Shown: positions 37,931-47,417 of the stretch, piece by piece
How positions within the stretch are numbered: the stretch's first letter is position 1
Layout: the number at the start of each line of letters is the position of its first letter
Source of the DNA: an uncultured bacterium
GTDB taxonomy: Bacteria; Patescibacteriota; Saccharimonadia; Saccharimonadales; DATKHC01
NCBI GenBank assembly: GCA_963699195.1
Contig: OY969420.1
Span: 29,419 to 93,418 of the forward strand
DNA length: 64,000 nucleotides
Direction: 5' to 3'
The notes under the pieces: model-generated
Told to the model about the DNA's origin: nothing
What the model saw: the letters and a program-made list of their open reading frames with translations, nothing else
Database searches by the model: none
Position numbers and translations under genes: made by a program

Positions 37931-38390
37931 ATGGTATGTATATATTGTGGATCAAAGACTCAAGTAGTCAATTCAAGAGGTCAAGTAACGTTTAAAACAG
38001 GTATGGCGTCGCCGAAAATGCTTAAAGTTGCCATAATATATTTACTACAATTGAGACGTATTAACTTCTCTGGATCGTTACTCTTGGAAAATAAATCAGG
38101 TAAAATAGAACCGATTTATAAAAGAAAAATTGTTATTTAGTATCTATAGTAGCCTTGGTCACAGAAAGGACGCTATAGCTGATGCAATAGCAATCACCGA
38201 TACAATAATGTCTAACCTTATAAAGTCTCTTAAATCGCCTCTCATTAAGCGAAATCAGTCTATAGAAACTTCCGTCAGGCGTATTAAGCAAATTTGATAA
38301 GCCAGCATCCGTTCACTATATGGCATATTACCCTGTTAAAATAGCCTTAATTTGTACTCTTTTACCTTGCTACCCTTGGTCAGTTGTAAC
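37931..38390 (+). CDS. nrdR: transcriptional repressor NrdR, frameshifted
   Basis: The N-terminus MVCIYCGSKTQVVNSRG is the NrdR zinc ribbon. Later frames read ..RRRKCLSCHNIFTTIE.. The 3' end is approximate. Confidence 0.6.
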
Positions 38391-38473
38391 AACAGCTTTT
38401 TCGGTTATATCAAAGTTATCTATATATTTACCCAGACATTAGTCTTGTCTGAGAGTTAATTGCCGCAAACGCA

Positions 38474-39962
38474 TTATATAAAATAGTTGTGATAGGAAGA
38501 TATATCCATTGCACAACCATTAAGAATGGTTCTTCGGCGCTTATAGTATGCAGGTCTAGGTGGTAGCGTACTTAAACTGAAGAACAGGGTAACGAAGATT
38601 CCGGCTAGAGCGATCGTCTGAATTCGGCTAACCACAATCGGTAGTAGGTCGGCCGAATAGTTTTGTGGGTTAAAGAACGCTGGTATAAATGCAGAAAATG
38701 CCAGAAGTAGCGGGGCTGTTGCCCAGCTTACATGACCCTCTAATAAGCTGTAGCAGCTTAAAAAGTAGTCCACCTTTTTTAATGTTATTTTTCTTAAAAA
38801 ATCCGTTTTCTATTACGTAATGCCACATCAGAAGCACCCCAAGCCCACCTTCTTAGTTGAATAAACTGAGCCCTAAGAGTTCGTTTATACCCCTTTGCCA
38901 AAACTGCATCCTGATAGATTGGCAGATAAATTGGAAACACTTGGTGATTCCCATCATATCTAAAATAGGTCCTCCAAAACTGGTGACCATCTTCCACGAT
39001 TGATCTGACGCTCCAAAAGTTAGTATCTATAAGAGTCTGCAGGCTCTGCGCATGAGATGAAAAATTTCGCAGCGCATGAGGCCTCATACTACTAACCACT
39101 ATGCCAAAATGAATTACCAGTTGCGATTACCCGCATCGGTGCTGGTGCGTCCCATATATTGTTTGTAAACATTGGAACAGGCTGAAATGAGGTATATAAA
39201 GGATCGTGCAGTTACAGAGTAAACATAGGCCAGTCCAGCTAGATAGTTGGGGTCTGGTCGATTGTCTGCATCAAGAGTCGTAACAATAACGTTTAGTGGA
39301 TCAATATTTTTTTCTTCTATGTACTTAGCAAGTTTTCTACCTGCACCGGAGATATTACCTCCCTTACCTATAATTTCTCCTGGAAGATCCATTGGGTGTT
39401 TCACCGCAATTGAATACATAAACTTATCGCCATATTCGTTAATTAGATCAAGGACTAATGCTTCTTTCTCTGCTCCAGCTCGATCTTCATAGGCAATCAC
39501 AAATATTACCCTCTTCATATCATATTTAGATGCAAGTATAGACTTAATCGTTGGCTCTAAAACTTCTTTACTTTCATTATATGTAGCAAGAATAATTGCC
39601 TGAACAATGTTTTCAGGATTAATTGGTACTGGGTGTTCAGCTATCCTCTTTAAATTATTACAGTGCCATTTGGGTACACCAGTTGCTTTTGCCTCACCTG
39701 TACGAACATCCTCTAGCATATCTAGCCATGGTAGTTTTTTTTGTTCTTTAATGGTTCTGAATCCTTGAACCGCCCGAATATCTAAACCGACTGACTTAGT
39801 TAACCAAAGTAATAGATAGCCGAGTATGAAAAAAACCGTTAGGACTGGATTAACAAGACTAAGTACAAAAGGCAGAATTAATATTGTCCAGCTAATGACT
39901 CCTGGAAGTGCTTCAAAGACTCTATATCTGAAATCCCCGATCTTTCGGAAATGGTATTTCAA
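38474..39962 (-). CDS. family-2 glycosyltransferase (cellulose-synthase-like membrane GT), frameshifted into 3 ORFs
   Basis: Track ORFs 39114..39962, 38794..39099 and 38474..38773. Contains ..ILATYNES.., TLDADN and QFIQLRRWAWG (QxxRW). Confidence 0.7.
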
Positions 39963-39979
39963 GATCTCGTATATTCATA

Positions 39980-40336
39980 TTACGGTAAAACTATTAAAGC
40001 ATTACTTACTATTATGGCTAGTATAATTAACAAAAGTCCAAGAGAAAGAATAACTATTGAGTAGTCTCTCCTAACGTTATAGGTCCTATAGCTAAGCACT
40101 GCGTTTATAATTAAAGTTAAATAAATAAAAATAATAAAAGCATACAGCGAAAGTGCTGTACCATTTTTAAAAGCGCTTAATCCCAAGTTAGACCGATACT
40201 GAATAATATGATAGTTCGGGCTGCTGCTGCCTAGTCTTAAGAACAATAATATGCTGCTTATTATTGCTAGGAATATGTTTGAACTAAGAACTAATAAAAT
40301 CGGTTTATCGTGAAAATATTTTTTTTCTGTGGCCAT
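39980..40336 (-). CDS. hypothetical membrane protein
   Basis: 118 aa with 3-4 TM helices. Confidence 0.5.
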   Translation of the reverse strand: MATEKKYFHDKPILLVLSSNIFLAIISSILLFLRLGSSSPNYHIIQYRSNLGLSAFKNGTALSLYAFIIFIYLTLIINAVLSYRTYNVRRDYSIVILSLGLLLIILAIIVSNALIVLP

Positions 40337-40441
40337 AAATTATTAAACATTCATTTTGTAAAATTATACGAAAATATTATGAACAATGATTTAAACCATT
40401 ATAACATTTATAGATAATAACTTGTATCTGACATGCTTAAT

Positions 40442-40903
40442 TTAAATGCCACTAATAGCGTTTTGGATTTGTGTCTCGATTTTGTTATATATGCCCGTTG
40501 GATGTAGAAAACCATAGTAATAAACTAGGTAGGCTACTACCAGAATTATAATAATAGTCAGGATTCTAATAATTACTACCCTCTTTCTAAATGAGAGTAG
40601 TGCTTGGCTATAAGCACTGTATTGGGTGCGATAATTATCAGGAGTACTATTTGTCTGTTCAGAGTGTGTAACTAAACTGCTTTGAATAACCGTTGGTTGT
40701 GCAGGTTTATCAGTGAGAGGATTAATTGCTCCAGGTTGGGCTTCTGCTGCCTGAACTATTTTTTCAGGTGTCGTATTAGATACAGGTATTTCAACCTTGT
40801 ATCCTGGCCCTTTACTGTTTACGGCCGGCGTTGTTGGTTGTTTACTTTGATCTTCCATATTAGCTCTAGCATAATTATTACATATTTTAAGCGTAGAAAT
40901 CAC
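40442..40903 (-). CDS. hypothetical membrane-anchored protein (likely start MEDQSK at ~40857)
   Basis: Hydrophilic N-terminal half with a single C-terminal TM segment VVIIRILTIIIILVVAYLVYYYG. Confidence 0.45.
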   Translation of the reverse strand: MISTLKICNNYARANMEDQSKQPTTPAVNSKGPGYKVEIPVSNTTPEKIVQAAEAQPGAINPLTDKPAQPTVIQSSLVTHSEQTNSTPDNYRTQYSAYSQALLSFRKRVVIIRILTIIIILVVAYLVYYYGFLHPTGIYNKIETQIQNAISGI

Positions 40904-40921
40904 TTTTAGGGTAATATTTAA

Positions 40922-40931
40922 GATTTGAACC
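40922..40931 (+). repeat. possible distal att remnant of island B
   Basis: GATTTGAACC matches the tRNA-Asp T-arm (53075-53084). It is intergenic, at the transition from backbone to accessory genes. Confidence 0.35.
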
Positions 40932-40951
40932 TATTTTATTAATGCACATGC

Positions 40952-41143
40952 TTGCTTTGTAGTCAAAGTGTTGCTATATGTATAGTAATGAAACTTATCT
41001 TGGCAATTCTAATTATAGTTATTGGATACGTCTATTTTCTAGACCACACTACAAACATAGTCCTTAACCAGGCTATGCAAGTTCATCATGTATATCAGGA
41101 TGCAGCTAATTATTCAGACAATTTAGCTAATAGTGCTCAGTAG
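40952..41143 (+). CDS. small TM protein (likely start MKLILAIL..)
   Basis: Track ORF with a single hydrophobic helix. Confidence 0.35.
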   Translation: MLCSQSVAICIVMKLILAILIIVIGYVYFLDHTTNIVLNQAMQVHHVYQDAANYSDNLANSAQ

Positions 41144-41146
41144 CCA

Positions 41147-42157
41147 TTAAGCTGCCGATAAGGAACTTAAGCCCGAGTATGCTTCAAGAGCCTTATCTTG
41201 GTCACCCTCATATATCTTCTCAATAATAAGGTTAGTAGCTTCCATGAAGTCCCTTGTTTCGTATGGCACTCTTGATAGTGCCGAATAAAGACCGGGGCTA
41301 AGAGCTTCAATTCGTTTTGCAAATTCTCTTAATCCTTCTATATCTGTCCTTGATTTAAGCATTGCATCAAATATTGCAGGGTCCTTAGCGATAAGTAATT
41401 CTATACCATAAGCCGAGTGTGATGAGACAGAAATTCCTATTTTATTTTTTTTAGATGATTTAACAAAAAAACTTTGTGGAAGCTTATATGGATTACCGTT
41501 CAAACTTAGCTCCTGAGAACCAGCCTTTTGTGGAAAGCCATTTGGCATAGCAAGTTCTTCAGTTACGTAGCGATGTTCCATTAGGCCCGCAAAACCCTCT
41601 TCAAAGAAAGATCCCCTTTCTTCACCATCGTTATCTTTAACAGAAAATCCACTTCTCAGTAACAGAGTGCCGATTTCACCCGATTGAGTCCGAGCAAGCC
41701 CTAGTGGTTTATTTTTTGCACTAGCATGGCCAATTTCGTGAACTAAAAGAGATTCGGTTAACTCTGGGCCGTTTGCAGCTTCCGCGGCTCTATTCCGAAC
41801 CACATAACTTAAATCTAATACTGCAAAGTATGCACCAGTAGTTTTGGCTTCATCACCCCCTGCACCACCAACCAAGTTTTCTAACGCTGGCATATCATTG
41901 CTATCAACGGCTATAAAATCATGCATTGGGAGACCATAGTGATCTAGGAACTTTGCAACCCGTCCGACATTTAGGCCAGTTTCTTCATGTCTAACCTCAT
42001 GTAATATCCTCGCGCGCATATCGCCATAATAACTTTCTACAGTTGCTACATCATTTGGGTCAGCCGGACCCGTATATGGATATTCAGCTTGTCCATCATA
42101 GAGAGATATGTAAGGTTGATTTCCTTTAGCGTACTCTGTTTGTTTACTTTCTGACAT
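41147..42157 (-). CDS. HExxH zinc-metallopeptidase-like protein
   Basis: 336 aa with the motif SLLVHEIGHAS. The promoter TTGACT-17-TAATAT lies 6 nt upstream of the ATG. Confidence 0.55.
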   Translation of the reverse strand: MSESKQTEYAKGNQPYISLYDGQAEYPYTGPADPNDVATVESYYGDMRARILHEVRHEETGLNVGRVAKFLDHYGLPMHDFIAVDSNDMPALENLVGGAGGDEAKTTGAYFAVLDLSYVVRNRAAEAANGPELTESLLVHEIGHASAKNKPLGLARTQSGEIGTLLLRSGFSVKDNDGEERGSFFEEGFAGLMEHRYVTEELAMPNGFPQKAGSQELSLNGNPYKLPQSFFVKSSKKNKIGISVSSHSAYGIELLIAKDPAIFDAMLKSRTDIEGLREFAKRIEALSPGLYSALSRVPYETRDFMEATNLIIEKIYEGDQDKALEAYSGLSSLSAA

Positions 42158-42163
42158 TATATA

Positions 42164-42192
42164 ATATTACCATAAAAGTAGCCCAAAGTCAA
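42164..42192 (-). promoter_or_regulatory. promoter TTGACT-17-TAATAT (leaderless-type)
   Basis: Exact hexamers. Only TATATA separates the -10 from the ATG at 42157. Confidence 0.55.
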
Positions 42193-42277
42193 TATTTAGG
42201 CATGTCCTCATTGGGTTAAAGTTAGAATTTTTAATAGAGTGCCCTGGTATGATTACTACTAATGCTAGACTAAGTCT

Positions 42278-43114
42278 ATGGAATACGGTATACCCTTTTT
42301 AGCAGCAATAGCTGTTGCTATTTGTAATGGTTTGGCAGCTGTACTTCAAAAAGTCAGCGCGAATAAGAAGCGTCTAGTAGTAACTCTTAATTTTGGCATC
42401 ATACTTGCTTTACTGCGAAATTGGCCCTACTTAGCTGGCACAATCTTAGATGTACTTGCAGGAGGATTTACTCTATTAGCCAGTCACACACTACCTCTAT
42501 TTTTAGTTCAATCACTTATAGCTACAAGCATTATATTCACTGCAATTTTTGAACGTGTAATTTTTAAGAAGAAAATAACGTTAAAAAGTCTATTAGCTAT
42601 GATTGTAGTTTTGATTGGCTTAGGAATGATTGCCGTTGCAACTCATTCTCACCAAGCAAATATAATTGGTAGTGCGTTTAAACTTATCCTGAGCATATCT
42701 CCATTAATAGTCATTGTAATTGGATTTTGGTGTTTGAAAACTAAAACACGATCAGCAAGTTTTGGGTTAGCCGCATTAAGTGGTGTTTGCTTTGGTATGA
42801 CTTCTGTTGGAGGTCGAATATTAATCTACCCTGATCCGGTTTGGCATATTGTTTCCAACATCTTAGCTTGGATAATTGTTATCTACGCAATCTTAGGTCT
42901 CTTTTTCTTTACTACAGCCCTACAGCGAATTTCTGCCACTGCAGTTAATAGTACGATGGTAGGCTTTCAGACAATTGTACCAACAGCTATTGGTATTATC
43001 TTTTTAGGCGATACTGCCCGGCAAGGTCGGTGGGCTCTTGTAGCCCTAGGAACAGTATTGGTGCTTATCGGTTGTCTATATGTTACATCAAGTTCACAGA
43101 GTAAATCTGTGTAG
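42278..43114 (+). CDS. polytopic membrane protein (DMT/EamA-like transporter)
   Basis: 278 aa with ~9-10 TM helices. It is the only plus-strand gene inside the array. Confidence 0.5.
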   Translation: MEYGIPFLAAIAVAICNGLAAVLQKVSANKKRLVVTLNFGIILALLRNWPYLAGTILDVLAGGFTLLASHTLPLFLVQSLIATSIIFTAIFERVIFKKKITLKSLLAMIVVLIGLGMIAVATHSHQANIIGSAFKLILSISPLIVIVIGFWCLKTKTRSASFGLAALSGVCFGMTSVGGRILIYPDPVWHIVSNILAWIIVIYAILGLFFFTTALQRISATAVNSTMVGFQTIVPTAIGIIFLGDTARQGRWALVALGTVLVLIGCLYVTSSSQSKSV

Positions 43115-43126
43115 TTGTAGTTCTTG

Positions 43127-43870
43127 CTAAGTTGTTGGCTGCCCAGCTTCAAACCATTCTCTAATTTGATTTGAGCGAGGCGCATCTGGATTTAAACGTG
43201 TCCAAGTTTCCAGCATTAAGAACATTAAGGCGTCATCATAGTCTCTATTTTCTAAGACATCTCTCCTTAAGTTCATTCGTTGCATTTTTGGTTCATCAGG
43301 TCTATTAGGATCGTAATATTTTTCTAAATCCTCTAATCCATATAACTGACAAGTACTAAAATCGCTATTACCACTTAATATGGCAGTTCTATTTGTTATT
43401 AGTGGCGATTTTTTCATAAAATCTAAACACAGTCTACACGGGAGCAAAGTCGTCGGTGTCTCTCCAAGGATTTCATCGAATTCAGGTTCACCCCATACAG
43501 TTAGTGCTGCTATATCCGTAAATCCCTTGTATTCTGCTCTTGCAATTCCCATTTCCTCGGCATGAATATTCATTTCAACACCGTTGTGGGTTCTCACATT
43601 ATATCCACCGACTATTCCATTCCTAGAATTATCTCTGTCCATACAATATGCTGCTGCACCGACGCGTTTATCACGCCAGGATGCTGCTTGGGCCCCTGCA
43701 ACTTCAGCACTTCGAATTAAAAACACTAGATTATTTATTGCTGACCAGCTTACTTGCCACTCGGTTAATTCAGGTGGATAATAGCCGTCCGTATCAAGGT
43801 TTGGCATTGTCATTTTAAGAAAAAGTTCTGGTACTTTAGTTAGCTCACTCATGAAATAAAAAAATACCAT
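43127..43870 (-). CDS. cytidine/nucleotide deaminase-fold (CDA) protein (likely start MSELTK at 43852)
   Basis: Zinc motifs HAEEM and PCRLC, separated by ~40 aa. Confidence 0.6.
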   Translation of the reverse strand: MVFFYFMSELTKVPELFLKMTMPNLDTDGYYPPELTEWQVSWSAINNLVFLIRSAEVAGAQAASWRDKRVGAAAYCMDRDNSRNGIVGGYNVRTHNGVEMNIHAEEMGIARAEYKGFTDIAALTVWGEPEFDEILGETPTTLLPCRLCLDFMKKSPLITNRTAILSGNSDFSTCQLYGLEDLEKYYDPNRPDEPKMQRMNLRRDVLENRDYDDALMFLMLETWTRLNPDAPRSNQIREWFEAGQPTT

Positions 43871-43889
43871 GTTTATGGTATTTTGTCCA
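43861..43889 (-). promoter_or_regulatory. promoter TGGACA-17-TATTTT
   Basis: The spacer contains the inverted repeat AAATACCAT-AAAC-ATGGTATTT. Confidence 0.4.
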
Positions 43890-43910
43890 ATTACTGGGCA
43901 TTGCTTAAGT

Positions 43911-44396
43911 CTACGTTGTGCTACCAGACTTGGGTGTAAGTGTAATCCCTAAAACCATAGCGCACATATGTTGTGCTGCAGGAGTACTTATTTCTTTTAT
44001 AGCATCGAGTGCTTCTTGACCAAGAACACCAGCAATAATCTTATCCTCAATTTGCTCGCCATCATACCTCATGCCTCGCTCTCCAATGAGTTGGCTTCTT
44101 AAGTTGTGAAGGCACGTTTCAGAGCTAACACGACCACTGTCAATTAGTGATCGTATCACAACTCCCCCTAAGAGAGCGCCCTGAAGAGCCGCATCAGCAC
44201 TTACAATGTCGTGCTCTTTTGCCGCTAAATCATACATTATCTCTGTTGCAGTTAATAAGGGTGTTAGGGTATCTCTTAGCCAAGCCTGCTCTTGTCGCCG
44301 GAAATCATTCGGTGGTAGACTTCTTGCCGTCTCTAGTGCAACCCTAATATCATCACCACCTATATTAATAGGACAAACTGAACCTTGATTAAACAT
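43911..44396 (-). CDS. hypothetical protein
   Basis: Intact 161-aa ORF with its own upstream AT-rich promoter-like region. Confidence 0.45.
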   Translation of the reverse strand: MFNQGSVCPINIGGDDIRVALETARSLPPNDFRRQEQAWLRDTLTPLLTATEIMYDLAAKEHDIVSADAALQGALLGGVVIRSLIDSGRVSSETCLHNLRSQLIGERGMRYDGEQIEDKIIAGVLGQEALDAIKEISTPAAQHMCAMVLGITLTPKSGSTT

Positions 44397-44478
44397 TTCT
44401 AAGTAAGTAAATAAGTTTACTTAGTAAATTGCAAGCATGAGTATAATTGTGAATTGCTACTAGAGAATTTTAGGATAA

Positions 44479-44754
44479 TCAATCTAACTTTGTTGGATCT
44501 GGATCTCCGCCCAGTTTAGTGCAAGTCCAATAATATAGATTAGCTCTAAATGTTTCTACAGGATTTTTCAATAATGCTCCTGCGCCACCGCCAGCTGCTG
44601 TAGCAACAATATCTTCTACAACATTCCCACCAAATTTTGTTGCTGCAGCTAATGCCAATGCGCCACCAATAGCCGCAAATACTACTCTAGGCGTATTGTG
44701 CCCATGCTCACCTTCTGGGTCGAATTGTCTTGAATATTCTCTAAACTCGGTCAT
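44479..44754 (-). CDS. small Gly/Ala-rich membrane protein
   Basis: 91 aa: VVFAAIGGALALAAATKFGG..AAGGGAGALL (glycine-zipper-like). Confidence 0.45.
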   Translation of the reverse strand: MTEFREYSRQFDPEGEHGHNTPRVVFAAIGGALALAAATKFGGNVVEDIVATAAGGGAGALLKNPVETFRANLYYWTCTKLGGDPDPTKLD

Positions 44755-44829
44755 TAACCAAAAATACTATATAAATAGCATTTTGAAAATTGATTATGCT
44801 TAGATTTAAGTAACTCCATTGGTTTAGGG

Positions 44830-45126
44830 CTATTTTTGTCCAGGTTTAGTATTAGGTGACACATTGTCGCCTTCAGAGTGATGTTGACCTACTTGATTAT
44901 TGTGGGCGCTACCTTCAATATGATCTATAGCTTCACTTATTGGGGTTGCAACCCAAGTTAATGGATTTGCTACTTCGACAGTTGGCTGCTTGGGGTGTTC
45001 TCCCTGATTATGAGCGACCTGTAAGCCAACTAAGCTTACAACCGCAAGTGTTAAACCGCCAATTGCCCTTTTTGTTCTAGCTGATAATTTATTTTTGTTT
45101 GGATCTATGGGATCTTTTTCTGACAT
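44830..45126 (-). CDS. small signal-anchored protein
   Basis: 98 aa with a TM segment AIGGLTLAVVSLVGLQV. Confidence 0.45.
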   Translation of the reverse strand: MSEKDPIDPNKNKLSARTKRAIGGLTLAVVSLVGLQVAHNQGEHPKQPTVEVANPLTWVATPISEAIDHIEGSAHNNQVGQHHSEGDNVSPNTKPGQK

Positions 45127-45128
45127 TT

Positions 45129-45566
45129 TTATTGCCCCCTAGCGACTAATATTCCTGGCTTTGTTGGCCTGGAAGTAGTTACTCTTTCGATATGGCTCTT
45201 GCCTTTATCCTTATCATCCCAAACTCTCGTGAATAAACCTAAGCTTTCATCACGCTTACCAAACTCACCTGAGTCTGTAGTATTTAGACCCCATATACTA
45301 GCTGTTTGTTCGGTACCATCCTGGTTATGTATTACCGTATCATTAGTCTCAATAAAAACAGGACCACCAACTTTACGTGCTAACCCTTCTAGTAAGTCTC
45401 TTCCTTCTGTGCCTGGTCTAGACATATCTATTACCATTCCATAACCTTCTTTACCACTCATCGCAATTGGCTTGAATGGGCTGCTACCAGGTATAGATTC
45501 CTGTTCACCAGTTTGAGTGCTGGCTTCTGATGGATTTAGTATTTTTGGTTCGGTTTCTGTAGTCAT
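45129..45566 (-). CDS. hypothetical protein
   Basis: Intact 145-aa ORF. Its stop lies 2 nt before the next gene's ATG, so the two form an operon pair. Confidence 0.5.
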   Translation of the reverse strand: MTTETEPKILNPSEASTQTGEQESIPGSSPFKPIAMSGKEGYGMVIDMSRPGTEGRDLLEGLARKVGGPVFIETNDTVIHNQDGTEQTASIWGLNTTDSGEFGKRDESLGLFTRVWDDKDKGKSHIERVTTSRPTKPGILVARGQ

Positions 45567-45593
45567 TTTTTGTTTTTCCTTTTTAGTTATATA

Positions 45594-45650
45594 TTTAAAG
45601 AGCTTACACTCATATTAGCATAAGCTTTACGATTTGTCAATATAATGGCT
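45594..45650 (-). repeat. 57-nt promoter repeat, copy 1
   Basis: 56/57 identical to 46595-46651. Confidence 0.8.
45612..45640 (-). promoter_or_regulatory. promoter TTGACA-17-TAATAT
   Basis: Part of the 57-nt repeat at 45594-45650. Confidence 0.6.
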
Positions 45651-45680
45651 GTAAGTTACTTTTGTATTTTGGAACTTTTA

Positions 45681-46226
45681 TTAATTTTCAGGTTCATGAA
45701 TTAGATGAGATAAATTACTCAAATCTGAACCAAGTTTCTTTGTAGAGGTTCCTTTTAAAGTCTTGCTCGAGGTTGTTACAAATTGTTTGAGTGACTCTAT
45801 TGTCCTAGTCCAATGATATAGATTAAATACTCTCGTAGGCACCTCAATAGCTGGTCTATCACCATCATTTAACCTTACCTTTTTAACTACTGCTGCTTCC
45901 CCTCCGTCTATGCACCAAGCTGGAACATTTGTGCCTTGATGAGTAGCAAATGCCATCAATACACCCTTTTCATCACCCTCTTTCATTAGACTTTCAAATT
46001 CTTGCCAGGCTGGGTCTAAGTAACCCTGTGCTAAGTTAGTTTCTGCCCCTGTTACTACCATTTGTAATTGTTCTCTGTCACTATCTGATAGATCAAAATC
46101 TCTTCCAAATAGAGCACCCGGCTCTAGGGCTTTTTGTGTGATTTGGCCAAGTCTCACCCTATCCAACTGACCTGCTGTTGAAAGTTCTGGAACATTTAAA
46201 TCGGGTTGTTCGGGAGTATTTGTCAT
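45681..46226 (-). CDS. hypothetical protein
   Basis: Intact 181-aa ORF. Confidence 0.5.
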   Translation of the reverse strand: MTNTPEQPDLNVPELSTAGQLDRVRLGQITQKALEPGALFGRDFDLSDSDREQLQMVVTGAETNLAQGYLDPAWQEFESLMKEGDEKGVLMAFATHQGTNVPAWCIDGGEAAVVKKVRLNDGDRPAIEVPTRVFNLYHWTRTIESLKQFVTTSSKTLKGTSTKKLGSDLSNLSHLIHEPEN

Positions 46227-46244
46227 TTGAATTTTTACTATGTT

Positions 46245-46574
46245 TTAAGACTCAGGTCGGCTCAGCATAGCCCCTAGTGCATCTGCTTCAGCTTGTCGGC
46301 GCAATAGCTCATGTGTCAATATCATTGTTCTATGAAGAGCTCTAATAGCATTATGGTCTGGATTTGGGCCCAGCATAGAGACTGCCAATACACCAACATT
46401 ATTGTATACTTCAGGATTATTAACCTGTAACCTTTCGTCTGCTTGGCCTATTACAGCATTGATCCCCTGTTCTTGAATATCGGCAAATATTGATTCTATG
46501 GTTACGCCAGACACTCTGGGAAGTTGATAGTCAGTAGGATTTTGAAATTCTGGTTTTTTATCTTTATCTGTCAT
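46245..46574 (-). CDS. hypothetical protein
   Basis: Intact 109-aa ORF. Confidence 0.5.
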   Translation of the reverse strand: MTDKDKKPEFQNPTDYQLPRVSGVTIESIFADIQEQGINAVIGQADERLQVNNPEVYNNVGVLAVSMLGPNPDHNAIRALHRTMILTHELLRRQAEADALGAMLSRPES

Positions 46575-46594
46575 TTTTTATCTTTATATTTTAA

Positions 46595-46651
46595 TTTAAA
46601 GAGCTTACACTCATATTAGCATAAGCTTTACTATTTGTCAATATAATGGCT
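46595..46651 (-). repeat. 57-nt promoter repeat, copy 2
   Basis: 56/57 identical to 45594-45650. Confidence 0.8.
46613..46641 (-). promoter_or_regulatory. promoter TTGACA-17-TAATAT
   Basis: Exact hexamers and spacing. Confidence 0.6.
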
Positions 46652-46686
46652 AGCAGAAGCTTTAGAATTGTGGAACAATTTTACTA

Positions 46687-47337
46687 TTAAGAACTCTCCG
46701 TATTCTTTGCTACACACCTTAGAATACTAGACTCTTGGCCATTATAAACTTCATCTATAACATCAAGGTGTTCAATTTGGAATAACCCGCTTAGCAATGT
46801 CCTAGTGTATGGCTTTGAAAACAGATGTCTCACATGTCCGCTATCGGATACGAAAATGTCTTTTTCTACTTCTTTCCCGTTACCAAGTTCTAGATTTTCA
46901 ACTGACTTGCATGCAAAAACTAGCAGTCCACCTACTTTTAAAACTTCTTTGATGTTTTTAACTATTCTTTTAGTGTCGTTATGACTGTAGTAGTGGAGGG
47001 AGAGATTGGCGAACACAACATCAAAACTATTGTCTGGGTAAGGTAGTACATTACGCATGTCGAGTACATCAAACTCTATCCCGCTGTCAGCAAGATATCG
47101 CCGGTCCTGTTCAATAACGACTTCGGAAGCATCCGTTGCAATTACGATGTGTCCGCGTCTGGTAAAAAACTCAGCGTCTCGGCCTACGCCACATCCAAGC
47201 TCAAGTACTTGTGAGTTATCAGCAAAATATTGCTCGGCAAGTTCGGCTAATGGACTAGGTTGGTTCCGCAATTTTTCATGGGCACCAGCTGCATGTTTAG
47301 CATCCCATACTGGTATTTGGTCTGGTATAGAAGACAT
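46687..47337 (-). CDS. class I SAM-dependent methyltransferase
   Basis: Motif I VLELGCGVGRD, post-I IATDASE, FDVVFAN. Confidence 0.8.
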   Translation of the reverse strand: MSSIPDQIPVWDAKHAAGAHEKLRNQPSPLAELAEQYFADNSQVLELGCGVGRDAEFFTRRGHIVIATDASEVVIEQDRRYLADSGIEFDVLDMRNVLPYPDNSFDVVFANLSLHYYSHNDTKRIVKNIKEVLKVGGLLVFACKSVENLELGNGKEVEKDIFVSDSGHVRHLFSKPYTRTLLSGLFQIEHLDVIDEVYNGQESSILRCVAKNTESS

Positions 47338-47351
47338 ATATATACCCTACC

Positions 47352-47375
47352 AAAAAAACACTTCTTAACGAAGTG
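47352..47375 (-). terminator. intrinsic terminator after the MazG-like gene
   Basis: CACTTC-GTTAA-GAAGTG followed by TTTTTTT on the minus strand. Confidence 0.6.
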
Positions 47376-47380
47376 CTTAC

Positions 47381-47417
47381 GCCTGGCAGGCCGTAGCACT
47401 GGAAGTCTGGAGCTATT
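47381..47417 (-). repeat. conserved island-B box, copy 1
   Basis: Minus strand AATAGCTCCAGACTTCCAGTGCTACGGCCTGCCAGGC. Its TAG is the stop codon of the upstream ORF. Confidence 0.7.
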
